A DNA stretch of 64,000 bases from Candidatus Latescibacterota bacterium (GCA_965116875.1 OZ220733.1:4448001-4512000); one strand, 5' to 3'. Counted from the stretch's first letter, positions 28,742-39,561 are shown. Notes: generated from the sequence alone by a model not told the origin. Program-made: numbers and translations.

Positions 28742-29560
28742 TCAGGCGTGTTTTTCCAGGAGCGCTTTGCTCTTCAGCACGCCTTCGTGGTCGTCTGTCT
28801 TCCCCTCGTACTCAATACCGAACGGGTTGTCGTAGCCCGCGTCCCGCAGGATGCCGACGGCGGCGGCGCAGTCGATCTGCCGCGACTCGCCGTCCCCCGA
28901 GAAGCTGAGGAATTTCGCGTGGGTCGCCCAGGCGTACGGGGCGACCCGCTTCAGGTTTTCCAGCTTGTCGTCTTCCGGCGGCCAGTTGAGGAAGTCGGCG
29001 AGGACCCTGCAATAGTCGCTATCTACGGAATCCATAACGCGCAGGATGTTGTCCGCCGACACCGAAACGCCCCCGTGATTCTCCATCATCAACCGGATGT
29101 CCGCCCCCGCGCAAAGATCCGCGAGTTCGCCAAAGCTCTCGATGCATTGTCCAATATGGGTTTCGGTAACCGCCTCGCCCCAGCCGGGGCCGCTGTTGGC
29201 CCGAAACGCGTTGCATCCCAGGGTCAGGCAGGCGTCGATCCACTTCTTGTGGTTGTCAACAGCCTGTTTTCGATCCCTTTCGTTCGGTGAGGCAAGGTTG
29301 CCGTGGCCGTCCACGGCGACGTTCAGCAGGCGCACGCCGGCATCCCGGGCGCGTTGGCGAAGTTCGACGAGATACCCTGCGGCCAGTCGACTCCTCGCGG
29401 GGTTGTCCGGGTCGGCATAGTCGAAGAAGGGGCTGTTGAGTTCCAGCAGACGAATGTCGAATTCTTCAACGGCGAGAGCGGGAAAGTCAAGAAGAAGCAG
29501 GGGGTTCTCGGAATCCCTGAACCGCCGGTGAAGACTCCATCCCGCGAGTGAGATTTCCAT
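28742..29560 (-). CDS. Sugar phosphate isomerase/epimerase (xylose-isomerase-like TIM barrel)
   Basis: MENHGG, DFLN, HAK, GIEYEG. Confidence 0.88.
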   Translation of the reverse strand: MEISLAGWSLHRRFRDSENPLLLLDFPALAVEEFDIRLLELNSPFFDYADPDNPARSRLAAGYLVELRQRARDAGVRLLNVAVDGHGNLASPNERDRKQAVDNHKKWIDACLTLGCNAFRANSGPGWGEAVTETHIGQCIESFGELADLCAGADIRLMMENHGGVSVSADNILRVMDSVDSDYCRVLADFLNWPPEDDKLENLKRVAPYAWATHAKFLSFSGDGESRQIDCAAAVGILRDAGYDNPFGIEYEGKTDDHEGVLKSKALLEKHA

Positions 29561-29892
29561 GGGGTTGTCTCCTTCGTTGTATCGGGTTTGCGCTTGCTTT
29601 TGGAGTGGCGCGGGAATATAATATCCCGCCGCATGCTTTGCCAGCGCTACGTTTTCGTCCTGCGCGCGGCGCCTGAAGCTGACCTGGCTGTTCACCGGTC
29701 CCGATTTTCCTGTGCAACGCCACTTATCGGCCTCAATTCGATATGAGAAAATCGCTGAATCAAAAAACCAGAAAATGTAACGGTGCGAAACGGCGTGGGT
29801 CGTAACGCCGTGACCCTGCAGTTCGTTCCCTGTTATACGTCCGGTAACAGGATGTACGTGGATTCTCGGCCTGACAACTGAAAGGATATTCC

Positions 29893-31461
29893 ATGAAGGG
29901 CATGGTATCAGCGCCCCAGCCGCTGGCGGTGGACGCCGGCGTCCGGGTACTGGCCGATGGCGGGAATGCCGTCGACGCGGCTGTGACGGCGGCATTTGTC
30001 CAGATGGTGACCACGCCGCGCAGCTGCGGTGTCGGCGGCTTCGGGATGATGTACATCCATACGCCGGAATCCGATACGATACTGGATTTTCACGGGAAGG
30101 CGGGCGCGCGGGTTCGGCCTGAAATGTGGGAGCATGAGATTCTCCAGGAGAATGCCACGGGCTACGGATACACGCTGAAGGGTCAGGTCAACGAACGCGG
30201 TTACGGCGCGGTGACAACACCCGGAACGGTGGCCGGACTCCACAGGGCCCAGGCCGACTACGGGACCATGCCGTGGCGGGCGACCCTTCAGCCCGGCATC
30301 GCGGTTGCAACCGGCGGTCACGAGGTGACCCGTGCGGCGGCGGCGGCGTGGAAGCAGATTCCAACTCCCGAAACCACACCCTGGACAACGGTAGCGGCGT
30401 CGCCCCGCGAGGGCGGGGGCGAGCTGATTGCCAACCCGGATATGGCCAGGACATTTTCTGTTCTGGCCGAGGGCGGAGAAGAGGCATTCTATCGCGGGGA
30501 GATGGCCGAGACAATCGCCGGAGACATGGAGAAGGGCGGCGGCTTCGTGACGCTGGAAGACCTGAACCGGTACGAGGTGACGGTAACCTCGCCGCTGCAA
30601 TCCCGTTTTCGTAACTTCACCGTTGCCTCCAACCACCCTCCCGGCGGAGGGTTGACCATTCTGCAAATGCTCAACATCCTGGAGGGTTACGACCTTTCGG
30701 AAATGGGACACCTTTCGGCGGAATACGTGCATACCGTGTCGATGGCGATGAAAGCTGCGTGGACGGACCGGGCGAATCTGATTGGAGACCCCGCATTCGT
30801 GGACGTTCCCGTGGAGGATCTGCTGTCCGAAGAACGCGCCGCTTTCTGGCGCCGGCGCATCGATTCCAGGGAAGAAATCACGATCCCGCGATGGAACCCG
30901 CAGGAGCCGCCCAGTACCACCCATATCTCCGTTGTGGATCAATGGCGCAACGTGGTGGGGCTCACCCACTCGCTGGGGTCGGGTTCGGATGTCATTACGC
31001 CTGGACTGGGCTTCATGTACAATAACTGTATGAATTGTTTCAACCCCGTGCCCGGGCAGGCGAATTCAATCGAACCGCGCAAGTCGAGAACGACGGGCAT
31101 GGCCCCGACGCTGGTGAAAACGGGTAACCAGCCCTTCTTTACAGTTGGCGCGCCCGGCGGTACGCGGATTGTGACCGGGATTCTGCACGCCATTCTGAAC
31201 GTGATCGACCACGGAATGTCGGCCACCGAGGCGATCGCGGCCCCCAGGTTCGATTGCCAGAGCGACGTGATCGTCGCCCACTCCAGAATCGCGCCGTCCG
31301 TCTGCGAGGGCGTCAGGGCGATGGGCCACGAGGTCCACTCCCTGCTGGACGGATACGGCGGAATTGCGTCGGTACACGGCATCATTCTCGATCCGGAAAC
31401 CGGAACGCTCGACGGAGGGGCCGATCCCGGTTCTCCGGGGATGGCGATGGCCGCAAACTGA
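29893..31461 (+). CDS. ggt: Gamma-glutamyltransferase
   Basis: GGNAVDAAV, TTHISVVD (autocleavage Thr), GAPGGTRI, GGADP. Confidence 0.93.
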   Translation: MKGMVSAPQPLAVDAGVRVLADGGNAVDAAVTAAFVQMVTTPRSCGVGGFGMMYIHTPESDTILDFHGKAGARVRPEMWEHEILQENATGYGYTLKGQVNERGYGAVTTPGTVAGLHRAQADYGTMPWRATLQPGIAVATGGHEVTRAAAAAWKQIPTPETTPWTTVAASPREGGGELIANPDMARTFSVLAEGGEEAFYRGEMAETIAGDMEKGGGFVTLEDLNRYEVTVTSPLQSRFRNFTVASNHPPGGGLTILQMLNILEGYDLSEMGHLSAEYVHTVSMAMKAAWTDRANLIGDPAFVDVPVEDLLSEERAAFWRRRIDSREEITIPRWNPQEPPSTTHISVVDQWRNVVGLTHSLGSGSDVITPGLGFMYNNCMNCFNPVPGQANSIEPRKSRTTGMAPTLVKTGNQPFFTVGAPGGTRIVTGILHAILNVIDHGMSATEAIAAPRFDCQSDVIVAHSRIAPSVCEGVRAMGHEVHSLLDGYGGIASVHGIILDPETGTLDGGADPGSPGMAMAAN

Positions 31462-31540
31462 GCGCTCGACGGGACATGAGTTGGCCAGACCCCGGTCTGA
31501 CCGGCGTCACTCGATGTACGGTTGAAGAATCGATACCGGC

Positions 31541-31568
31541 CCACCCCGACGTCGGGCGGGGTGGTTTT
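31541..31568 (+). terminator. Intrinsic terminator
   Basis: CCACCCCG-N8-CGGGGTGG followed by TTTT. Confidence 0.55.
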
Positions 31569-31663
31569 ACCGGGATGCAGACCACAGTCATTCGTCATCC
31601 ATCGCGAATGTCAACCTGGAGTTTACCGGCAAGTTCACAGCCAAAATCCGGAAAGGAAAAAGG

Positions 31664-32863
31664 ATGTTCGAAACGCTTGAGAAGGCCCCCGCGGACCCGA
31701 TTCTGGGGTTGACCGCGGCATACAACCTGGATACGAATCCCGACAGAATCAACCTCGGCGTGGGTGTGTACAAGGACGGCGACGGCAACACGCCCGTTTT
31801 CAACTCCGTACAACGCGCCGAAGCCCGGATCCTCGACCGCCAGACCACCAAAGACTATCTGCTGATTTCGGGCGCGCCTGAATATGCGGCGGCAGTACAG
31901 GCCCTGTTGTTCGGACCGGAGCACGAAATCGTCGCCGGACAACGGGCGGCGACGGTTCACGCGCCTGGGGGGACCGGTGGACTGCGCATTGCGGGCGATT
32001 TCGTCCACAAGCTGTATCCGCGGGCGAAAATCTGGCTGAGCGATCCAACCTGGGCGAACCATCCCAACATCTACGGACACGCCGGAGTGGCCGTGGAAAC
32101 GTATCCCTATTTCGAGAAGGAGACGAACGATCTCGATTTCACCGCCATGCGCGATGCCCTGAAGGCCGTCCCCGAAGGGGATGTCGTACTCTTGCACGGC
32201 TGTTGCCACAACCCCACCGGGATCGATCCCACGCCCGAACAGTGGGAGGAGATTGCGGATGTGGCGGGCGCGCACGGCTGGATCCCCCTGGTGGATTTTG
32301 CCTATCATGGGCTGGGGGACGGACTCGAACAGGACAGACGTGGACTGACGGCGTTTTGCCGATCGGGCGCCGAGTTGATGGTGTCCAGTTCGTTTTCGAA
32401 GAATTTCGGCCTGTATAACGAGCGTGTCGGCGCGCTTACCGTTGTGGCATCCACTCCCGAGGCGGCCGGTGCGCTGATGAGTCAGGTGATGATCTGTATC
32501 CGGGCCAACTACTCGAATCCGCCGGCCCACGGTGCGGCCATCGTGACGGAGGTGCTGAACGACTCCGGTCTTCGCCTGCAATGGGAGGACGAAGTGGCGC
32601 AGATGAGGAACCGGATCAATCGCATGAGGGCGCTGTTCGTGGATACCCTGGAGAGGAAAGGCGTTCAACGCAATTTTTCCTTTATCGCCCGGCAGCGCGG
32701 GATGTTCTCTTTTTCGGGGTTGACCAGCCGGCAAGTGGACGCCCTGCGGGAGGAATACGCGATCTATATGGTGGGTTCAGGGCGGATAAACGTCGCTGGA
32801 ATCACCGAGGCGAACATCGACTATCTCTGTGAATCGATCGCAGCCGTGCTTCGGCAGTCGTAA
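31664..32863 (+). CDS. aspC: Aspartate/aromatic aminotransferase (class Ia)
   Basis: DPILGL, NLGVGVY, HGCCHNPTG, DFAY, SFSKNFGLYNERVG, GRINVAG. Confidence 0.92.
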   Translation: MFETLEKAPADPILGLTAAYNLDTNPDRINLGVGVYKDGDGNTPVFNSVQRAEARILDRQTTKDYLLISGAPEYAAAVQALLFGPEHEIVAGQRAATVHAPGGTGGLRIAGDFVHKLYPRAKIWLSDPTWANHPNIYGHAGVAVETYPYFEKETNDLDFTAMRDALKAVPEGDVVLLHGCCHNPTGIDPTPEQWEEIADVAGAHGWIPLVDFAYHGLGDGLEQDRRGLTAFCRSGAELMVSSSFSKNFGLYNERVGALTVVASTPEAAGALMSQVMICIRANYSNPPAHGAAIVTEVLNDSGLRLQWEDEVAQMRNRINRMRALFVDTLERKGVQRNFSFIARQRGMFSFSGLTSRQVDALREEYAIYMVGSGRINVAGITEANIDYLCESIAAVLRQS

Positions 32864-32952
32864 TGCACGAAAGCAGGCCTGAACGGGGTGTCGGCTTCCC
32901 GGTCGGATTCGACCGCGGCGAGAACGGCATACAAACCACGGGTGACCGAAGG

Positions 32953-34455
32953 ATGGAAAATTCGCTGTATTGGGGCGACCTCCACGCGCACTGTGCGATC
33001 AGTTATGGTTACGGCAGTCTCGAAAGGGCGTTCGGGCTGGCGAACGAGCATCTGGATTTCTGTTCGGTTGTGGGGCACGCGACGTGGCACGACATGCCGG
33101 TCGATCGGGAACGCCACGGTTTCATTATCGATTACCACCGGGAGGGATTCGAACGACTGAGGCGAAACTGGCCGCACGTGCAGGAAACGGTACGGAAACA
33201 CAACCGGCCGGGGCGGTTTGTTTCCTTTCTGGGTTACGAGTGGCACTCCTGTGCTTTCGGCGACCACAACGTGTACTATCTGGATGATGGCGGCGAAATA
33301 GTCGAGCGCAACAGCCTGGAGGAACTGGATGAGGCATTTGAGGGGCAGGATGTCATGATCCACCCGCACCATATCGGCTACGGCGGGGGCTTCAGGGGAA
33401 TAAACTGGTCGCATTTCAACTCCCGGCGGTCGCCGGCCGTCGAGGTTTTTTCCGGACACGGCGGGTCCGAACGGGACGGCGGCCCCTATCCGATGTACCA
33501 TACCATGGGCCCCAGACAATACCGGGGTACCGTGGCGTACGGACTTGCGCTGGGTCACCGCTTCGGGTTCCTGGGAGGCACGGATCATCATGGCGGATAT
33601 CCAGGGCACTACGGCGAGGGAAGAACCGGCGTGTACGCGCCGGAACTCACCCGGCAGGCGATCTGGGACGCGATTCGCGCAAGGCGATGTTACGCGGTCA
33701 CCGGGGATCGCATCGGGTTGCGGTTTTCGGTCAACGGCGCGGAGATGGGCGAGGAAACCCGGAGTACCGGCGCCCGCGAAATCCGGGTGTCCGTCAGCGG
33801 AGCGGACGCGCTGGACCGTATAGAAGTCATCAGGAACAATCGCCCCCTGAAACGGGTGTTCGGCCCCGCGCCCGAGGCGGAAACGCCAGATCCGGTCCGG
33901 GCGAAGGTGCGGCTGGAATGGGGATGGGGCGACAAGGAGGAGTGGATTCGGTGGGATGCGAGTGTGCGCCTTTCGGATGGCCGGCTTCTTTCCGTGGAAC
34001 CCTGTTTCACCGGCGACCCCGTTCTGGCGCCGACTGTGGACGGAGGCATCGCGGCCGCCGGCGAGGAGCCGGTTCACGGGATCGTGGCGCAGGATGACCG
34101 GCACGTGGCGTGGTTTTCCCATACCCGGGGCAATGCGCATCCGTACCTGCGGGGTACGAACGCGCTGGTCCTGGGACTGCACGCCCCACGCTCCGCAGCT
34201 CTGGATTTCAGGTTCAACGGCGCGGCCTGCCGCTACCTGCTGGGGGATCTGCTGGCGGGTTCCAGGAGCGAGTTCGTGCGCGGCTGGCGTTCCGAGGCCA
34301 TGCTTGTGCACCGTGCCGTACCCGATTCCCGGTTACGGGCGACGCTGGCGTTTGAAGACGTCGAACCGGAGTGTGAGACCGACTTCTATTACGTCAGGGT
34401 GGCGCAGGAGAACAACCAGTGGGCATGGGCAAGCCCGATCTGGGTTGCGGGTTGA
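32953..34455 (+). CDS. PHP-like metallohydrolase (DUF3604-like)
   Basis: YWGDLHAHC, GYEW, HPHH, GGTDHH, YYVRVAQ...AWASPIW. Confidence 0.8.
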   Translation: MENSLYWGDLHAHCAISYGYGSLERAFGLANEHLDFCSVVGHATWHDMPVDRERHGFIIDYHREGFERLRRNWPHVQETVRKHNRPGRFVSFLGYEWHSCAFGDHNVYYLDDGGEIVERNSLEELDEAFEGQDVMIHPHHIGYGGGFRGINWSHFNSRRSPAVEVFSGHGGSERDGGPYPMYHTMGPRQYRGTVAYGLALGHRFGFLGGTDHHGGYPGHYGEGRTGVYAPELTRQAIWDAIRARRCYAVTGDRIGLRFSVNGAEMGEETRSTGAREIRVSVSGADALDRIEVIRNNRPLKRVFGPAPEAETPDPVRAKVRLEWGWGDKEEWIRWDASVRLSDGRLLSVEPCFTGDPVLAPTVDGGIAAAGEEPVHGIVAQDDRHVAWFSHTRGNAHPYLRGTNALVLGLHAPRSAALDFRFNGAACRYLLGDLLAGSRSEFVRGWRSEAMLVHRAVPDSRLRATLAFEDVEPECETDFYYVRVAQENNQWAWASPIWVAG

Positions 34456-34574
34456 TTTCCGCACGATCGGGAGTCAAAACCGGGGTTCCGGTGAGAAGGG
34501 GCCCTGCTGCGGCAGAATGGCGAGAAACTCCGGGGACGGAATATCGGGCGTACCGATAGAATTGGAGGGTCTGG

Positions 34575-35348
34575 ATGGTGCTGAAAGACCGGGTGGCCAT
34601 TGTAACCGGCGGGAGTTCCGGGATTGGCCGCGGGGTTGCGCTGGAGTTCGCCAGAGAGGGTGCGGCGGTTGTGGTAGCCGACGTCCGGGAGGCGCCGAAA
34701 CAGGGCAAATACCACGAGCAGGAGGTCCGGACACCCACGCTGGAGGAGGTACGGAGACTGGGTGGTGAGGGGATGTTCGTTCAAACCGACATGGGCGATG
34801 CCGCCGCCGTCGGGGCACTGGTGCAGCGGACGACAGACGCGTACGGCGGCCTGGACATTCTGGTGAACAACGCGGGCATACACATTCCAGGCGACAGCCA
34901 GACGCTCTCGCTCGAGTCGTGGGACCGGGTGACGGGCGTAAACATCCGGGGCGTATTCGTCGCGTCGAAAGCCGCGATTCCCCATTTGAAACGATCTGTG
35001 GCCGGGAGGATTATCAACATCGCGTCGGTGCATTCCTTTGGCGGTGGCGGCGGGCCGGCCTATGCGCCCGCGAAAGCCGGCGTGGTCAACCTCACGCGCG
35101 ACCTGGCGATGGAAGTGGCGCCCGCGGGGGTGACCGTGAATGCCGTCTGCCCGGGGTACATCGAAACCGCGATACAGGATTATCTGACCGAGGAACAGAT
35201 CCGGGACGCGCTGGAACGGACGCCGCTTCCCCGGTTCGGCTTGCCCCGGGACATCGGCAGGGCATGCGTGTTCCTCGCCTCCTCCGATGCGGAGTGGATC
35301 ACAGGGGTGGCGTTGCCGGTGGACGGAGGCTGGCTCGCGCCCGTGTAA
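34575..35348 (+). CDS. Short-chain dehydrogenase/reductase
   Basis: TGGSSGIG, NNAG, YAPAK, VDGG. Confidence 0.93.
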   Translation: MVLKDRVAIVTGGSSGIGRGVALEFAREGAAVVVADVREAPKQGKYHEQEVRTPTLEEVRRLGGEGMFVQTDMGDAAAVGALVQRTTDAYGGLDILVNNAGIHIPGDSQTLSLESWDRVTGVNIRGVFVASKAAIPHLKRSVAGRIINIASVHSFGGGGGPAYAPAKAGVVNLTRDLAMEVAPAGVTVNAVCPGYIETAIQDYLTEEQIRDALERTPLPRFGLPRDIGRACVFLASSDAEWITGVALPVDGGWLAPV

Positions 35349-35399
35349 GAGATCGAAAGATGCATTTCGCTCCGGTCGCATCGCTTCCGAGCCCGAGAG

Positions 35400-36467
35400 A
35401 TGATGGAGATACGAGCCGTCCGAGAGGACGAGATCGAGGAGACGCTGGAGCTTCAGCGGCTGGTGTTCCGGCCCGATGAGGGCGAAGGAGCGCTCGAACG
35501 GTACCGGACGTACGTGCGAGACGATCCGGGTTATCGGATGGAACAGTCTCGGGTTCTCGTGGAAGACGCGCGAATCGCCGCGCATCTTCGAGTTTGGGAC
35601 CGGGAAATCCGCGTGCGTGGCTCCGTGCTTCGGGCCGGGGGCATCGGCAGCGTGCTGACCCATCCCGATTGCAGGGGCAGGGGATATGCGCGCGCGCTGA
35701 TGCGGAATGCCGAGGCCTATATGCTGGACGCGGGGTACGACGTCGGGCTCCTCTTCACGATTATCGGCACGCCGTTCTACCAGGCGCTGGGCTGGACGCC
35801 CATCCCGCTGCCGACGTTTGTGATCGATCTGGAGTCAGAGGCCAGTGACCCACTTCCCACACGCGTGCGGGCTCTCGAGATCGATCGGGACCTGGATGCC
35901 GTGATGGCGATTTACGAGCGTTGTTCCGGCTCCCTGACCGGCCCTGAAGTGAGACCCCCGGACTACTGGCGCGCCGGTCCCTCGCGAATACGGGGCGTCT
36001 TCCCCGAGTGGGGCGTTTCGGTGGACTCTGAGCTTTGCGGTTATGCGACGTTCGACGCCTCCGCGGATGGGATTTGGGTGAAGGAAGGATGCGTCAAGTC
36101 ATCTGGTGACGACGTATTCCGCGATCTGGCGCTGTTGATTCGCGGGTGCGCCCGCCGGCACGGACTGAAACGGATCGAGGGCAGCCTCCCCGCCGGACAC
36201 GGTCTGGTAAGCGCGCTTGAAGCGGTCTGCGGTTCCCTTGCAACGTGGGGCAGTCACGATGAAATGATGTTGAAGGGGATCAACTGGGGTACGATCAGGG
36301 AGAAGCTGATTGGCGAACCGCGGGGCGGCCCACCCGGAGAGGAGGGGGCGTTCTGGCGCGCGTTGTACGGTCAGGCGGAGGCCGTACCGGAATCGTCGTT
36401 ATCGGAATGGATGGCACCGCTGCCGGAGTGCGAAGGACCTTTCTACTGGTGGAGCGATATCTTCTAG
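35400..36467 (+). CDS. GNAT acetyltransferase (Eis-like)
   Basis: GGIGSVLTHPDCRGRGYA, FYQALGW. Confidence 0.85.
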   Translation: MMEIRAVREDEIEETLELQRLVFRPDEGEGALERYRTYVRDDPGYRMEQSRVLVEDARIAAHLRVWDREIRVRGSVLRAGGIGSVLTHPDCRGRGYARALMRNAEAYMLDAGYDVGLLFTIIGTPFYQALGWTPIPLPTFVIDLESEASDPLPTRVRALEIDRDLDAVMAIYERCSGSLTGPEVRPPDYWRAGPSRIRGVFPEWGVSVDSELCGYATFDASADGIWVKEGCVKSSGDDVFRDLALLIRGCARRHGLKRIEGSLPAGHGLVSALEAVCGSLATWGSHDEMMLKGINWGTIREKLIGEPRGGPPGEEGAFWRALYGQAEAVPESSLSEWMAPLPECEGPFYWWSDIF

Positions 36468-36488
36468 CGTTGACGGGACGGATGCGTT

Positions 36489-38330
36489 TCAGGAGATTCC
36501 CGTACCGAGGCGTGACTCGGCCTCGTCCACCACACCCGAGAGTATTCGCGCCGCCAGCCGGTCGATTGCGATTTTCGTGTCCTGCAGACCGGCTCCGCAA
36601 AGGTGGGGATGGTCCACCGACGCGGCGGAGACGTAGTATTTGATCTTGGGTTCGGTTCCCGACGGTCGGGCGGTGACACGGGTATGGCCGGCGGGGGTGA
36701 ACGTGAAGGCAATGACGTCGCCCTTCTGACCCTCGATCGATCGGACGGACCCGGTGAGCGGATTCAGCGCCTTCCCGGTTCTCCTGTCGATGATTTCCAC
36801 AATGTTGCAGCCGCCGATCTGCCGAGGCGGCCGGGACCGCAGGGATTCCATAATGTGAACGATATCACGGCTGCCCTGCGCTCCGGTCCTGATTACCGAT
36901 TGCTGAATTTCACGGAAGTAACCGTATTCCGCATAAATCTCGTCCAGGAAATCTCTTAGTGTGCGACCGCGGGCCTTGAGGGTTGCCGCGCATTCGCACA
37001 GGAGCACGGCCGCGACCGCAGCGTCCTTGTCTCTTGTGAACGTACCCGTCAGATAGCCGTGGCTTTCTTCGGCGCCGAACAGGAATTCGGCGCCCGCCGG
37101 AAGATCGTCGATGAGCCTGCCGATGTATTTGAAGCCGACCAGCAGGTCGTCGACTACCTTGGCCCCGAAAGCGCGCGCGATGACGGAGGTCAGGTCGGAC
37201 GTGACAATCGTCTTTGCGACAACACCGCCGTCGCGCAGTTCCAGGCGGTTCTTTTTTGTTTCCAGGATGTAGCGGCACAGAATGGCGCCGATCTGATTGC
37301 CGTTGAGCGCAAGCGCATCGAGAGGTGCGTTCCAGCCGGTTCTGGAATCGGGGACGGCGCAGCCGAGCCGGTCCGCGTCCGGGTCGCTGGCGATGACCAT
37401 ATCGGCGTTGATCTCGGCGGCCTCCCGGACTGCCACGGCCAGCGCGCGCGGATCCTCGGGGTTGGCGACGCCATCGGGAACCATGGGAAAGTCGCCGTCC
37501 GGTTTCGCCTGCGACGGGACAACGTGCAAATCCTTATAGCCCAGGATGTCCAGCGCCGGCAATACCGACGTTAGACCCACGCCGTGCAGTGGGGTGTAGA
37601 CCACCCGAATCCGGCGCTCGCGCCTCAGGGTGAGTCCGGCCAGCTCAGAGTGATAACGACGATCGACGGTGCGATCCAGTTTTCGGATGAGGCCCTCTTC
37701 GACCGCCTGATCGAAGTCGAGTTTCGTGACCTCGGATACCGCGTTGACCTCGGCGATGATGTTTCTGTCATGAGGGGGTACGACCTGGCCTCCGTCGGAC
37801 CAGTACACCTTGATTCCGTTGTCGCCCGGGGGGTTGTGGCTGGCGCTGATAACCACGCCGGCCACCGCTCTGGTCCACCTGACCGCAAAGGAAAGTTCAG
37901 GTGAGGACCGGCAGCCTTCGAAGATTCTGGCGCGGATACCGTTGCCGGCAAGAACCGCCGCTGTCTCGTTGGCATACGCTTGCGAGTTGTTCCGTGTGTC
38001 GTGCGCAATGACCACGCCGCGGCGCGGCGCATCGTCCCCGGACTTCAGGACGTACCGGGCAATGCCCTGTGCGGCTTCCCCGACGGTACGCAGATTGATA
38101 CGGTTGGGTCCCGGTCCCATCGCGCCGCGGATGCCGCCGGTGCCGAATTCCATCCTTGCGCGAAAGGCGTCTTCGAGTTCGTCCAGGTCTTCGGCAATGA
38201 TCAGGCTCCTGACGTCCTCCATCGATTCGGCGTAACGGGCGTCGGTCAGCCATAGCGAGGCGTTCTCGCCCGCGGCTTCGGACAGTTCTCCCGCAGCGAC
38301 CCGGATCTTGATTTTTCTTAACAGGTCCAT
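36489..38330 (-). CDS. Phosphoglucomutase/phosphomannomutase
   Basis: FGTGGIRG, SASHNP, DPDADR, EESHG, RPSGTEPKIKYY. Confidence 0.95.
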   Translation of the reverse strand: MDLLRKIKIRVAAGELSEAAGENASLWLTDARYAESMEDVRSLIIAEDLDELEDAFRARMEFGTGGIRGAMGPGPNRINLRTVGEAAQGIARYVLKSGDDAPRRGVVIAHDTRNNSQAYANETAAVLAGNGIRARIFEGCRSSPELSFAVRWTRAVAGVVISASHNPPGDNGIKVYWSDGGQVVPPHDRNIIAEVNAVSEVTKLDFDQAVEEGLIRKLDRTVDRRYHSELAGLTLRRERRIRVVYTPLHGVGLTSVLPALDILGYKDLHVVPSQAKPDGDFPMVPDGVANPEDPRALAVAVREAAEINADMVIASDPDADRLGCAVPDSRTGWNAPLDALALNGNQIGAILCRYILETKKNRLELRDGGVVAKTIVTSDLTSVIARAFGAKVVDDLLVGFKYIGRLIDDLPAGAEFLFGAEESHGYLTGTFTRDKDAAVAAVLLCECAATLKARGRTLRDFLDEIYAEYGYFREIQQSVIRTGAQGSRDIVHIMESLRSRPPRQIGGCNIVEIIDRRTGKALNPLTGSVRSIEGQKGDVIAFTFTPAGHTRVTARPSGTEPKIKYYVSAASVDHPHLCGAGLQDTKIAIDRLAARILSGVVDEAESRLGTGIS

Positions 38331-38509
38331 CGGTGTCCTCTGCACAGGCGCGCTCCTGTTGAATGGACGCCAGTTCGTTCTTCGCCGGAAACTCGTATGC
38401 CTCGTGCCCACCAGTCGGTACCGCGCTTTTTAATATATCGGATGAGACGCTCCGATCAACATAAAATGGTTTGATTTTCGGAAGCCAATGTGCATATTTT
38501 CGACATGAC

Positions 38510-38818
38510 GTGGGCGTATCGGTAGATGCAATCGTGGTCAAGCCGGCGCAGATGGAGGGTTTCAAGGATAGTCACGCACCGGTGATTAACCTCAATCCGA
38601 GAAAACCTCAACGCGGCGACGCGATAAAATCCTCGGAATAGAGGGCGTTATCGAGGTAAAGAAGGACGTTTTTTCCCTTCACGTCCAGTGACCTGGTGTA
38701 TCCTGGTAATCCGCCGTCTAATCGCCTTTATTTACAAGCACATACTCGAATTAATGTCCCCGAAGACTTACGAATCAAGGTTAAACCCGCGCTGCCGGAG
38801 GGAAGGGTCATCTATGAG
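38510..38818 (+). pseudogene. 3' remnant of an MNT antitoxin gene, split by a MITE
   Basis: Reads VGVSVDAIVVKPAQMEGFKDSHAPVI / KPALPEGRVIYE; the intact gene at 39244 reads IGVAIDAIVVTPAQMERYKDSHALVIKPALREGRVIYE. Confidence 0.85.
38590..38780. mobile_element. MITE-like element, copy B (191 bp, TTAA target duplication)
   Basis: TTAA|CCTCAATCCG...CGAATCAAGG|TTAA; imperfect terminal inverted repeats; removing it restores the MNT-like frame. Confidence 0.85.
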
Positions 38819-39014
38819 AAAAGAAACCGAACGGGAAGAAGATGGCAGATGGATTGCAGAGGTGCCTGATTTACCAGGCGTGATTGTGTACGGAGACAAT
38901 AAGGAAGATGCCATACTGAGAGTAAAGGCATTGGCATTGCGGGTTCTTGCCGATCGCATAGAACACGGTGAAGAAATACCGGAAATCCGTGATGTCTTTG
39001 CAGGGTCGGTATGA
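38814..39014 (+). CDS. hicB: HicB-family antitoxin
   Basis: EREEDGRWIAEVPDLPGVIVYG...LADRIEHGE. Confidence 0.85.
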   Translation: MRKETEREEDGRWIAEVPDLPGVIVYGDNKEDAILRVKALALRVLADRIEHGEEIPEIRDVFAGSV

Positions 39015-39030
39015 ATCGATGGCCATCAAT
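39011..39030 (+). pseudogene. Possible truncated hicA stub
   Basis: ATGA overlap with the hicB stop; MNRWPS resembles HicA N-termini, then similarity is lost. Confidence 0.4.
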
Positions 39031-39135
39031 TCCATTTGCACCTGTCCAAAAAAAGAGTCTTTTCCAAATTAACCTGGAAAGCAGTGCGCCCCGTTTGTTT
39101 TGACTCCCGACCTGGGCGATTTAGAATGCCAGATG

Positions 39136-39163
39136 TTGACAGAGGTCTGACAAGAGCTATATT
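39136..39163 (+). promoter_or_regulatory. Sigma70-type promoter for MNT-HEPN
   Basis: TTGACA-16 nt-TATATT. Confidence 0.55.
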
Positions 39164-39243
39164 CCCTTGTGCAATCTCTGATTGCCGTTCACAGAACACC
39201 CTCCTGGCGTCTCTCATAACGTGAACATGAAACAAAAGGCTGA

Positions 39244-39561
39244 ATGATGCTTGACCAATCCACCCTGGACGACATCATCCGGCGGATTGTAGAGGTCGCG
39301 CATCCGGAGAAGATCATTCTCTTTGGGTCCGCCGCAAGGGGCGACCTGAACCGCCACAGCGACGTTGACCTGCTCGTCATAAAGGACGACAGCGATCCGT
39401 GGACTGTTATGGGAGATATCTACGGAAACCTGCGCGGCATTGGCGTAGCGATAGATGCAATCGTGGTCACGCCGGCGCAGATGGAACGTTACAAGGATAG
39501 TCATGCACTGGTGATCAAACCCGCACTGCGGGAGGGAAGGGTAATATATGAAGCCGGCTGA
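39244..39561 (+). CDS. Minimal nucleotidyltransferase (MNT) antitoxin
   Basis: LFGSAARGDLNRHSDVDLLV (GS-x10-DxD). Confidence 0.92.
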   Translation: MMLDQSTLDDIIRRIVEVAHPEKIILFGSAARGDLNRHSDVDLLVIKDDSDPWTVMGDIYGNLRGIGVAIDAIVVTPAQMERYKDSHALVIKPALREGRVIYEAG

